From contig JBNJFS010000004.1 in assembly GCA_051747085.1 (NCBI GenBank), positions 1 through 32,021 on the forward strand: 32,021 bases of DNA, in the 5' to 3' direction. The notes beneath the pieces are model-generated. The model had not been told where the DNA came from. It did not search any database and worked only from the letters and a program-made list of their open reading frames with translations. Positions 9,086-17,812 of this stretch are shown piece after piece (the stretch's first letter is position 1; every line of letters starts with the position of its first letter). The position numbers and the translations under genes were made by a program. The DNA comes from Bacteroidota bacterium. GTDB lineage: Bacteria; Bacteroidota; Bacteroidia; Bacteroidales; UBA12077.

Positions 9086-9095
9086 AAAGAAAAAA

Positions 9096-10676
9096 TTAAA
9101 ATTCTGAAGTAAAATGAAAATTTATTTTATCGAACTTTTCCTGAGCCATTTGCAATGCATAGCGCGATTCGGCCATAAATACTTCTCTTCCATATTTATC
9201 AATAGCTAATGCATTGTATTTTCTTCTTCGAAAGTCTTCGAGTTGTTCTTTATCATTACTTTCAATCCAACAGGCCTTATGCATTTGTATCGGTTCATAT
9301 TTGCATTTGGCTCCATATTCATGTTCAAGTCTGAACTGAATAACATCAAACTGCAGCTGTCCTACGGTTCCAATAATTTTACGGCCATTAAATTTATTGG
9401 TAAAGAGCTGGGCAACTCCCTCATCCATTAACTGGTCGATACCTTTAGCCAACTGTTTATATTTCAGGGGCTCGGCATTTTCCACGTAACGAAACATCTC
9501 CGGAGAAAAGCTTGGCAGTCCTTTAAAATGTATTTTTTCTCCTTCCGTCAGGGTATCCCCTATTTTAAAATTTCCGGTATCATGTATCCCTACAATATCT
9601 CCGGGATAGGCTTCGTCGATGATTGATTTTTTCTCGGCCATAAAAGCGGTTGGAGAAGGGAATTTCACTTTTTTGCCTGCTTTTACATGCAAATAATTAG
9701 TGTTCCGCCGGAAAATCCCCGAACATATCTTAACAAATGCCAAACGGTCGCGATGATTGGGATCCATATTGGCATGAATTTTAAAAACAAACCCCGAGAA
9801 CTTGCTTTCAAAAGGATCTACTTCACGCTCCTCGGCCTTTACAGGTAATGGATAGGGTGCGATATCAACAAAGCAGTCCAACAGTTCTTTTACGCCAAAA
9901 TTATTTAATGCACTCCCAAAAAATACCGGAGCCAAATCGGCAGATAAATAATCCTTAACCTCAAAGGCAGGATAAACGCCCGAAATTAATTCTAACTCGT
10001 CGCGTAAGGTTTTTGCATAGTCATTACCAATATAATTTTCAAGATCAGGATGATGGATATCTTTAAATTCAATCGCTTCTTCTACCGTTTGTTTCGATTC
10101 GCCACTAAATAAATTAAGTTTTTCACCATATATATTATATACCCCTTTAAAAGTTGGACCGTCACTAATGGGCCAGCTTAAAGGGCGAACATGTATTTTT
10201 AGTTCATTTTCAATTTCATCGAGCAATCCAAAAGGATCTTTCCCGCTGCGGTCTAGCTTATTGATAAAAACCATAACGGGAGTTTTTCGCATACGGCACA
10301 CTTCCATTAACTTGCGGGTTTGCGGTTCCACTCCTTTGGCCGAGTCGATAACAATAATAACACTATCGACAGCGGTTAACGTACGAAAAGTATCTTCGGC
10401 AAAATCCTGGTGACCGGGTGTATCCAGAATATTTATTTTTTTGCCCCGGTATTCGAATCCCATAACCGAAGTGGCCACAGAAATTCCCCGTTGCCGCTCA
10501 ATCTCCATAAAATCGGAGGTGGCCGTTTTTTTAATTTTATTATTTTTAACAGCTCCAGCCACATGTATGGCTCCCCCAAAAAGCAATAATTTTTCTGTTA
10601 ACGTTGTCTTTCCTGCATCAGGGTGACTTACAATACCAAAAGTTCGCCTTCTCCTTATTTCTTCCTTAAATCCCAT
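9096..10676 (-). CDS. prfC: Peptide chain release factor 3
   Basis: 526 aa. [54 protein letters not shown]. Confidence 0.98.
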   Translation of the reverse strand: MGFKEEIRRRRTFGIVSHPDAGKTTLTEKLLLFGGAIHVAGAVKNNKIKKTATSDFMEIERQRGISVATSVMGFEYRGKKINILDTPGHQDFAEDTFRTLTAVDSVIIVIDSAKGVEPQTRKLMEVCRMRKTPVMVFINKLDRSGKDPFGLLDEIENELKIHVRPLSWPISDGPTFKGVYNIYGEKLNLFSGESKQTVEEAIEFKDIHHPDLENYIGNDYAKTLRDELELISGVYPAFEVKDYLSADLAPVFFGSALNNFGVKELLDCFVDIAPYPLPVKAEEREVDPFESKFSGFVFKIHANMDPNHRDRLAFVKICSGIFRRNTNYLHVKAGKKVKFPSPTAFMAEKKSIIDEAYPGDIVGIHDTGNFKIGDTLTEGEKIHFKGLPSFSPEMFRYVENAEPLKYKQLAKGIDQLMDEGVAQLFTNKFNGRKIIGTVGQLQFDVIQFRLEHEYGAKCKYEPIQMHKACWIESNDKEQLEDFRRRKYNALAIDKYGREVFMAESRYALQMAQEKFDKINFHFTSEF

Positions 10677-10717
10677 AACTATTTACTTAAAATCGAAACA
10701 ATAAAACTTTGAAGCTG

Positions 10718-10725
10718 CAAAAGTA
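10718..10725 (-). promoter_or_regulatory. -7 promoter element for prfC
   Basis: Minus strand TACTTTTG, about 40 nt upstream of the ATG. Confidence 0.6.
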
Positions 10726-10867
10726 TAAAAAGGAATGGATATTTTGACTCCAAAAAAGCGATAAAATAATTTGTCGTGTATAACATATCATATGCAAGAT
10801 ATAGCATTTTTTATCTCTGAATTCTATTTTATTATAACATTTTTTAACATATTATTCCCAGTAAAAA

Positions 10868-10899
10868 TTTGATCAAAAAAATTATTCTCCCTATGTTTG
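10868..10899 (+). promoter_or_regulatory. Bacteroidota -33/-7 promoter upstream of the DUF4168-like gene
   Basis: TTTG (10868-10871), 20-nt spacer, TATGTTTG (10892-10899). This is a full consensus match. Confidence 0.7.
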
Positions 10900-11055
10900 C
10901 TACATATTTAACTTATTAAATGTTAATGCATTAATTAAATATTATAATTTTTAAACAATAATTTTACCATTATACGTTGTTTATTTACAGAATGATAGAA
11001 AATACTAACAGTGTATATATTTTTAAATTTTTTTATAAATCAAAACCAAATTATT

Positions 11056-11520
11056 ATGTTCAAAATTAAAAAATTAACCAGTTTATTTTTAACCCTTTTA
11101 GTAAGCAGCACATTTGTGTTTGCTCAAGCACCTCAAACACCTCAGGATACAGAAGTTTCAGATAAAGAATTAAAAACATTTGCATCCGTTTTTCAACAGG
11201 TACAGGCTCTTGATCAAAAAGCACAACAGGATATGGTAAAAGCTGTACAAGATGAGGGTTTAAGCGTAGAACGATTTAATGAAATCCTTCAGAGTGAAGA
11301 GGACCCAAGTCAAGATGCAAAACCTACGGAAGAAGAAAAACAACAATACGAAAATGCAAATAAACAGATTGCAGGAATACAACAAAAAGCACAAGAATCG
11401 ATGCAGAAAAAAATTCAAGACGAGGGTTTAAGCATCCAAAGATATCAGGAAATTGCATTCGCTGTTCAAAACAGCCCTGAATTACAGGAAAAATTACAAC
11501 AACATATGCAAATGCAATAA
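11056..11520 (+). CDS. Secreted Gln/Glu-rich helical protein, DUF4168-like, with two internal repeats
   Basis: Likely ATG at 11056 gives a signal peptide (MFKIKKLTSLFLTLLVSSTFVFA). VSDKELKTFA and two GLSxxRxxEI motifs, ending in SPELQEK. Confidence 0.8.
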   Translation: MFKIKKLTSLFLTLLVSSTFVFAQAPQTPQDTEVSDKELKTFASVFQQVQALDQKAQQDMVKAVQDEGLSVERFNEILQSEEDPSQDAKPTEEEKQQYENANKQIAGIQQKAQESMQKKIQDEGLSIQRYQEIAFAVQNSPELQEKLQQHMQMQ

Positions 11521-11540
11521 AAGAAATATTTTTGTTAATT

Positions 11541-11604
11541 AAGATGGCTGCTAATTCAGCTGCGGATTGCAAATCCGATGGTGATGGTTAGCAGCCATTT
11601 TTTT
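11541..11604 (+). terminator. Terminator-like long hairpin with an internal GCGGATTGCAAATCCG stem-loop
   Basis: ATGGCTGCTAA (11544-11554) / TTAGCAGCCAT (11588-11598) followed by a T-tract. Inner hairpin at 11563-11577. Confidence 0.7.
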
Positions 11605-11672
11605 GTGTATTTTTTAAATCAGAATAAAATATATGTATATATTTATATCCAATTTTAAAATATTTATAGACT

Positions 11673-12221
11673 ATGAATAAAATCATCATTTTAGCATCTG
11701 CGGTTTTACTAACCGCTACTTCTTGTAATTATAAAGAAAAGAAAGCTCAGCAGGAGCAAGAAAAAGATGTAAAAAAATCCACATTAATTGAAACAGGACA
11801 AATGGTCCCTGAATTTGAGTATGTCACTTTACAAAAGGATACGGTAAATATTAAAGAACATCAGGGGAAGGTAGTTTTTATGAATTTTTTTACTACCTGG
11901 TGCCCTATATGTATCAAAGAACTTCCGTATATTGAAAGTGAAATTCAGGAGAAATACAAAAACAACGAAAACTTTGAATTGCTTGTGTTTGGCAGAGAAC
12001 ATAATGCCGATGAAATGGTTGCCTTCAAAGAGAAAAATGAATACACCTTACATTTCATTCCTGATCCGGAAAGAAAAATTTATGCCTTATTTGCAGAAAA
12101 ATACATCCCCCGAAATGTAGTACTAAACAGAGAAGGTGAAATTATATACGAATCCACCGGATTTAATGAAGAAGAATTTGCACAATTAAAACAAGTAATT
12201 AAACAGGAACTTACTAATTAA
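11673..12221 (+). CDS. TlpA/ResA-like thioredoxin-fold redoxin, lipoprotein
   Basis: Lipobox ATSC. GKVVFMNFFTTWCPICIKELP (CxxC) and YIPRNVVL cis-Pro motif. Confidence 0.88.
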   Translation: MNKIIILASAVLLTATSCNYKEKKAQQEQEKDVKKSTLIETGQMVPEFEYVTLQKDTVNIKEHQGKVVFMNFFTTWCPICIKELPYIESEIQEKYKNNENFELLVFGREHNADEMVAFKEKNEYTLHFIPDPERKIYALFAEKYIPRNVVLNREGEIIYESTGFNEEEFAQLKQVIKQELTN

Positions 12222-12246
12222 AAAAATACCCATTTATTTTTTTGTG

Positions 12247-12279
12247 AAAAAAGCCATAGATTTGTTCTGTGGCTTTTTA
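12247..12279 (+). terminator. Intrinsic terminator after the redoxin gene
   Basis: AAAAAGCCATAGA-TTTGT-TCTGTGGCTTTTT hairpin. Confidence 0.8.
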
Positions 12280-12295
12280 ATTTTTATGAATAATT

Positions 12296-12778
12296 ATGGA
12301 AATAAATTTTCATTCGACCGTAATTTTTGTTCAGGATATCGAAATTTCAAAAAAATTTTATTGCGATATTTTAAAACAAACAATCATCGAAGATTTTGGA
12401 GCCGTTATAACGCTTAAGAACGGATTATCGTTATGGCAAATTCCAAAGAAGCACCCATTGAAAAATGAATTTTATGCGGCTCATAAAGGGAATCGCTCCA
12501 TGGAAATTTGCTTTGAAACAGAGAAGATAGATGAGATAGTTGAGCAAATTAAGTTGAAAAAAATACCCAAACTCCACGATTTGACTGAAGAACCCTGGGG
12601 ACAACGAACCATAAGATTTTTTGATCCGGATAAAAATCTGGTTGAAATTGGAGAAACATTGCCGGTTTTTATCAACAGGATGAAAAACAATGGTCTGTCT
12701 GCTGATGAGATAAATCAAAAGACAGGCGTTCCGGTAAAAAAAATAGATGACTTGATTAAAAAACAATCACATGTTTGA
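12296..12778 (+). CDS. VOC/glyoxalase-bleomycin resistance family protein with a helical C-terminal tail
   Basis: IFVQDIEISKKFY, EEPWGQRTIRFFDPDKNLVEIGE. Tail GLSADEINQKTGVPVKKI. Confidence 0.85.
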   Translation: MEINFHSTVIFVQDIEISKKFYCDILKQTIIEDFGAVITLKNGLSLWQIPKKHPLKNEFYAAHKGNRSMEICFETEKIDEIVEQIKLKKIPKLHDLTEEPWGQRTIRFFDPDKNLVEIGETLPVFINRMKNNGLSADEINQKTGVPVKKIDDLIKKQSHV

Positions 12779-13244
12779 AGCCTTTTACAAATCACCTGTT
12801 GGTTATTTACGCATTGTCTCCAACGAAAGAGATATCATCAGGATTGAATTTAGTGATGTCTATTACAAAATGAAAATGATTCCGGTACAAATCCGGCAAT
12901 GCATAAACCAACTGGACGAATATTTTAAAGGAGAGCGACAAACATTTACCATCGGGATTAATCCTTCGGGAACAGAATTTCAAGCCAAAACCTGGAACTT
13001 ATTATTAAAAATCCCATACGGAAAAACAATTTCTTACTTAGACCTTGCCCGTGAATTTGGGGATGAAAAAACCATTCGGGCCATAGCCTCGGCTAACGGA
13101 AGAAATCCAATACCTATCCTAATCCCATGCCACCGGGTTATTGGCAATGATGGCAGCCTGACCGGTTATGCCGGCGGATTATTAAAAAAGCAATGGCTGC
13201 TGGAACATGAGGGGGCTATCCAACAAAAAAGTTTATTTTGGTGA
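12771..13244 (+). CDS. ogt: Methylated-DNA--protein-cysteine S-methyltransferase
   Basis: GTEFQ..W..L..IPYG.T.SY, NPIPILIPCHRVIG active site, LTGYAGGL..K.WLL.HEG. Confidence 0.95.
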   Translation: MFEAFYKSPVGYLRIVSNERDIIRIEFSDVYYKMKMIPVQIRQCINQLDEYFKGERQTFTIGINPSGTEFQAKTWNLLLKIPYGKTISYLDLAREFGDEKTIRAIASANGRNPIPILIPCHRVIGNDGSLTGYAGGLLKKQWLLEHEGAIQQKSLFW

Positions 13245-13329
13245 TTTTCCTTAAAAAAACATCCTTCATTTGGCTATAATTAATATTTATTTACTCCCCG
13301 GCTATGTAAGTTATATATTCTAAAATTAC

Positions 13330-13337
13330 TATATTTG
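13330..13337 (+). promoter_or_regulatory. -7 promoter element for the DUF418 gene
   Basis: TATATTTG, 33 nt upstream of the ATG. Confidence 0.55.
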
Positions 13338-13370
13338 GGTTAAAATTATAACCTCTAAATTTTTTAACCT

Positions 13371-14630
13371 ATGTCATCATCTGCAATAAAACCTGTTGCG
13401 ACTAAAGAAAGAATTCAAATTCTCGATATTTTAAGAGGCTTTGCCATTTTAGGTATTTTAATGGTAAACATGCCTATGTTTAACTCGCCATTTATGGCAC
13501 GAATAGGCAACTTTTCTCTCTGGCAGTCGGACCCCAATCAAATCGCGAATCTGTTTATCCGCTTTTTTTTCGAAGGGAAATTTTACTCGCTCTTCTCTAT
13601 CCTTTTTGGAATTGGTTTTTATCTTTTTCTGCAAAAGCAAAACGAGGCAGGCAAAAGTATTATTCCAACGTTCAGAAGAAGATTAGCTTATCTGTTCCTG
13701 TTTGGGATACTTCATATTACCTTATTATGGGCAGGAGATATTTTATTCTTCTATGCTTTATTCGGTTTCACCTTACTATTGTTTAAAAAGAAATCGACCA
13801 GAGGACTAAAAAAGTGGATAATAGGGATGATTTTAATTCCAATAATTATTACCGGATTTGCTGTTTTAATGATATCTTTAGGGAAAATGCACCCTGAGGG
13901 AGCCAGACAAATCGAAGCTTCGTTTGCCCAACAGGAGCAAAGCTTAAAAAATATAACAGACCAGGCACTGAAGATTTATGCCAACGGCTCATTTTCAGAG
14001 ATTTTCACCATGCGATTAACCGAATGGAGATTCTCGTTAAATGGAATATTTTTCTTTTACCCCAACGTATTTGCCATGTTTTTACTGGGATTTTATATCG
14101 CCAAAAAAGGATGGTTGTTCAACATCAAAGAAAACAAACCGGTTTTTCGAAAAATGTTTTGGTATGGATTACTCCTTGGAATAATTGGTAATACAGTTTA
14201 TACCTGGGGAATGGAACATTCGAGTCAGATGGATATGAACCCTACTACCCTAATTGCCTTTACAGGGTTTGGTTTTGGTGTTCCGGCCATGACACTGTTC
14301 TATATTGCTGCATTTGCGCTGGCACTGGAGAAAGGATTTTTTAAATGGTGTACAAAAATGCTTGCTCCGGTAGGACGCATGGCACTTACAAACTATCTGT
14401 TGCAATCCATTATTTGTACCACCCTGTTTTATAGCTATGGGGCCGGTTTATATGGCCAAATGAATATCTGGCAGGGAGTTATTCTAACCTTCGCAATTTT
14501 CATTTTACAAATTTTCCTAAGTCGGTTTTGGCTAAACAGATTTTATTACGGACCCTTAGAATGGGTATGGAGAAGCCTCACTTACAAAAAAATACAAAAA
14601 TTTAAAATACATAATTCGATTTCTGTTTAG
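13371..14630 (+). CDS. DUF418 (YeiB-like) polytopic membrane protein
   Basis: RIQILDILRGFAILGILMVN, KFYSLFSILFG, GRMALTNYLLQS, GPLEWVWRSLTY. Confidence 0.9.
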   Translation: MSSSAIKPVATKERIQILDILRGFAILGILMVNMPMFNSPFMARIGNFSLWQSDPNQIANLFIRFFFEGKFYSLFSILFGIGFYLFLQKQNEAGKSIIPTFRRRLAYLFLFGILHITLLWAGDILFFYALFGFTLLLFKKKSTRGLKKWIIGMILIPIIITGFAVLMISLGKMHPEGARQIEASFAQQEQSLKNITDQALKIYANGSFSEIFTMRLTEWRFSLNGIFFFYPNVFAMFLLGFYIAKKGWLFNIKENKPVFRKMFWYGLLLGIIGNTVYTWGMEHSSQMDMNPTTLIAFTGFGFGVPAMTLFYIAAFALALEKGFFKWCTKMLAPVGRMALTNYLLQSIICTTLFYSYGAGLYGQMNIWQGVILTFAIFILQIFLSRFWLNRFYYGPLEWVWRSLTYKKIQKFKIHNSISV

Positions 14631-14712
14631 TACATTATCGAAAGGTTTTTTGTAATTTGTTCTTTTTATTTTTATTTTCAACAATTAAATTATTCATTTT
14701 ATTCTTATTCTT

Positions 14713-16170
14713 ATGATGAATACAGCTATAATCATATCCTTTTCGATTTATATTGTTGGGATGCTTGCCATTGGTTTTTATTTTTATTACCGGACCCAAA
14801 ATATTTCCGACTACGTGTTGGGTGGCAGAGGGTTAAACCCTGTGGTTGCTGCGCTTTCAGCCGGAGCATCGGATATGAGCGGCTGGTTGTTACTGGGACT
14901 TCCGGGCTTAATGTACACTACAGGTATTAGCGGCAGCTGGATTGCCATTGGATTAACCATTGGTGCGTTTTTAAACTGGCATTATATTGCCCGCCCATTG
15001 CGTAACTTCACAGAAAAGCTTGACGACTCCATTACCATCCCCGGGTTTATCGCCAACCGTTTTAACAGCAGGAATTTACGGATTGGATCTTCGATTGTCA
15101 TCCTTGTTTTTTATACCCTATATGCATCGTCAGGTCTTGTTGGCGGCGCCAAGCTTTTTGAAGCTACCTTTAATCTGGACTATCAAACGGCTTTAATTGT
15201 AGGCACGATAATCATTGTTTCTTATACCTTTCTGGGAGGTTATAATGCCGTTTCGTGGACCGACTTTTTCCAGGGAACTCTAATGATGCTGGCATTAATT
15301 GTTGTTCCTGTCATTGCCATTAAAGATATCGGGGGCCTTTCCGAAACATTAAGAGTTATAAGAGAAATTAATCCCGATTACATGAATATCTGGACCGGAA
15401 CAACCTTCATCGGCATAGTATCCTTACTAGCATGGGGATTAGGATATTTCGGGCAACCGCATATCCTGGTCCGGTTTATGTCGATTAACAGGGTGGAAAA
15501 TGTTAAAAACGCCAAATATGTAGGCATGAGCTGGATGATTATTTCCATTGTTGGTTCATTAATGGTTGGATTTTTTGGTATTGCCTATGTTGCCGCTCAT
15601 GATGTTAGCTTAATGGACAGCGAAAAAATATTTATCCTCCTTTCTGAACTCCTGCTAAATCCATGGATTGCCGGTTTTGTATTAGCAGCTATACTGGCAG
15701 CGATTATGAGTACCATCGATTCGCAATTACTGGTATCTTCATCGTGTTTAACACGCGATATATACGAAAAAGTGATCAAGCAAAATGCCAGCGATAAAGA
15801 ACTGGTATGGATAGGCAGGGCCACAGTAATTGCTATTGCATTAATTGCATTTTATATTTCAATGGATCAGGATTCAACGGTATTATCGTTGGTTGCATAT
15901 GCCTGGGCAGGCTTTGGAGCAGCTTTCGGGCCGATCATTATTCTGTCGTTATACAATAAAAATATTTCAGGTGGTGGCGCTTTAGCCGGAATGATTACCG
16001 GAGCAGCAACCGTATTAATCTGGAAACAATTAGAAGGCGGACTTTTTGATATCTATGAAATACTTCCGGGTTTTGTTTTTGCTTTAATCGCCATTGGAAT
16101 TTTCAGCAAACTATTTCCTGCTAAGCAGGAACAAAAAGATGAATATTTAAACATCCGCGCAAATAAATAA
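14713..16170 (+). CDS. putP: Sodium/proline symporter (SSS family)
   Basis: DYVLGGRGL, ALSAGASDMSGWLLLGLPG, WGLGYFGQPHILVRFM, AAIMSTIDSQLLV, AYAWAGFGAAFGP. Confidence 0.92.
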   Translation: MMNTAIIISFSIYIVGMLAIGFYFYYRTQNISDYVLGGRGLNPVVAALSAGASDMSGWLLLGLPGLMYTTGISGSWIAIGLTIGAFLNWHYIARPLRNFTEKLDDSITIPGFIANRFNSRNLRIGSSIVILVFYTLYASSGLVGGAKLFEATFNLDYQTALIVGTIIIVSYTFLGGYNAVSWTDFFQGTLMMLALIVVPVIAIKDIGGLSETLRVIREINPDYMNIWTGTTFIGIVSLLAWGLGYFGQPHILVRFMSINRVENVKNAKYVGMSWMIISIVGSLMVGFFGIAYVAAHDVSLMDSEKIFILLSELLLNPWIAGFVLAAILAAIMSTIDSQLLVSSSCLTRDIYEKVIKQNASDKELVWIGRATVIAIALIAFYISMDQDSTVLSLVAYAWAGFGAAFGPIIILSLYNKNISGGGALAGMITGAATVLIWKQLEGGLFDIYEILPGFVFALIAIGIFSKLFPAKQEQKDEYLNIRANK

Positions 16171-16182
16171 TTTAAGGCAATA

Positions 16183-17082
16183 TTAAGCTCTCGGGTGGAA
16201 TCGTATAATGGCATCACGCAAATACTCGCGGTCGAGGTGTGTATAAATTTCGGTAGTGATGATCGATTCGTGTCCTAACATTTCCTGCACGGCCCGCAAG
16301 TCTGCTCCTCCATCAATTAAGTGGGTTGCAAATGAATGGCGGAATGTATGCGGGCTGATATTTTTCTTTATTCCGGCCGTTTTGGCCAGGTTTTTTACAA
16401 TGGTAAATATCATTACACGCGACAAGGGCTTTCCTCTCCGATTCAAAAAAACAATATTTTCACCCGATTTATCGATGTTTGAAAGCAGGTTTCTGTCCTG
16501 AAAATAGTACTGAATCTCTTTTATTGCTTTTTGTCCTACAGGCACTAAACGTTCTTTATTACCTTTCCCGGTTACTTTTAAAAATCCATCTTTAAAATAA
16601 AGGTTGGTAATACGCAGGTTAATTAACTCCGAAACCCGGAGTCCACAACTATATAATGTCTCAATAATGGCTTTATTCCTTTGCCCTTCGGGCTTACTCA
16701 AATCAATAACACCCAAAATACGGTCTATTTCATCAATCGATAATACTTCGGGCAATTTACGCCCGATGTTGGGTGATTGTAATAATGCCGTAGGATCTTT
16801 ATCTATGATATCTTCAATCAGTAAATAGTTATAAAAAGCTTTCAACCCGGAAATGATTCGTGCCTGCGAACGGGCATGGAGACCTGTTTCATTGATCCAG
16901 CTGATAAAATCTTTCAAATGCTTCAATGTTATCTCACGGGGAGGAACAGTCAATTGTTGAATATCTAAAAATTGAACCAGTTTGTGAATATCCCTTTCAT
17001 AAGAGGTAATGGTATTTTGAGAAAGTCCTTTTTCAAGGGTAAGAAAATTCCTGAATTGTATGATGGTCGACTCCCAGTTCAT
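16183..17082 (-). CDS. xerD: Site-specific tyrosine recombinase XerD
   Basis: Likely ATG at 17082. GLRVSEL, GKGNKERLVP, SPHTFRHSFATHL..GADLRAVQEMLGH...TTEIYTH and a C-terminal HPRA. Confidence 0.93.
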   Translation of the reverse strand: MNWESTIIQFRNFLTLEKGLSQNTITSYERDIHKLVQFLDIQQLTVPPREITLKHLKDFISWINETGLHARSQARIISGLKAFYNYLLIEDIIDKDPTALLQSPNIGRKLPEVLSIDEIDRILGVIDLSKPEGQRNKAIIETLYSCGLRVSELINLRITNLYFKDGFLKVTGKGNKERLVPVGQKAIKEIQYYFQDRNLLSNIDKSGENIVFLNRRGKPLSRVMIFTIVKNLAKTAGIKKNISPHTFRHSFATHLIDGGADLRAVQEMLGHESIITTEIYTHLDREYLRDAIIRFHPRA

Positions 17083-17223
17083 TAGGCTATTCAAATATTT
17101 ATTAATCTTTAAATATAACGATTAATGGTCTATTTATTTAACTTTTATGGCCGAATGTATTAAAAACGAATTGATTTAACATTTTAATTAAATGAAAGTT
17201 GTTTCAAAGTTAATGTTATTCAT

Positions 17224-17231
17224 TAAATTTG
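17224..17231 (+). promoter_or_regulatory. -7 promoter element for aroQ
   Basis: TAAATTTG, 23 nt upstream of the ATG. Confidence 0.6.
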
Positions 17232-17254
17232 CATAAGAAGTTAACCAAGCAACT

Positions 17255-17680
17255 ATGAAAATCCAGATTATCAACGGCCCGAATTTAAATTTACTGGGTA
17301 AAAGAGAAAAAGAAATTTACGGAGATGTTACTTTTGAAAAGTATTTTAAATTATTAAAAGATCATTTTCAAGATTACACCATTGAATATTTCCAGTCGAA
17401 CATTGAAGGAGAAATCATTGAAAAAATTCATGAGACAGGATTTAGTTTTGATGGAATTATTTTAAATGCCGGAGGTTACACCCACACTTCAGTGGCTATT
17501 GCCGATGCCATAGCATCCGTAAATACACCGGTTATCGAAGTGCATATCTCCAACATTTTTGCACGCGAAGAGTATCGGAAAAACACCCTTCTTGCATCAA
17601 AGAGCATGGGTACCATTTCGGGTTTTGGACTGGATAGTTACCGGCTGGCAATTGAAAGTTTGAGAGTGTTTAAAAAATAA
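17255..17680 (+). CDS. aroQ: Type II 3-dehydroquinate dehydratase
   Basis: NGPNLNLLGKRE..IYG, FQSNIEG, NAGGYTHTSVAI.DA, IEVHISN..ARE..R. Confidence 0.97.
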   Translation: MKIQIINGPNLNLLGKREKEIYGDVTFEKYFKLLKDHFQDYTIEYFQSNIEGEIIEKIHETGFSFDGIILNAGGYTHTSVAIADAIASVNTPVIEVHISNIFAREEYRKNTLLASKSMGTISGFGLDSYRLAIESLRVFKK

Positions 17681-17730
17681 GCAACCGGAGAACGTTGCAT
17701 GGAGCAGTATACCATTTTTTAATGAATATA

Positions 17731-17738
17731 TAAATTTG
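17731..17738 (+). promoter_or_regulatory. -7 promoter element for pyk
   Basis: TAAATTTG, about 75 nt upstream of the pyk ATG. A small hairpin CTTAGA/TCTAAG (17751-17769) lies in the leader. Confidence 0.55.
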
Positions 17739-17812
17739 CTAACCTATTTACTTAGATTAAAAGTCTAAGGCAGAAGTGTTCGCATAGTCAGATTAACAAA
17801 GAATACCAGCAT

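Noticed and set aside
11544-11598. A tRNA-Cys gene
   Set aside because: Only the anticodon-arm-like part is present. There is no D-arm, no GTTC T-loop and no acceptor/CCA geometry.
16183-17094. Tyrosine recombinase as a prophage or ICE integrase
   Set aside because: It has XerD signatures and the housekeeping xerD/aroQ context, with no att-like repeats, tRNA target or cargo genes.
17681-17698. GCAAC/GTTGC hairpin after aroQ as a terminator or regulatory RNA
   Set aside because: The stem is only 5 bp with no U-tract, which is not enough support.
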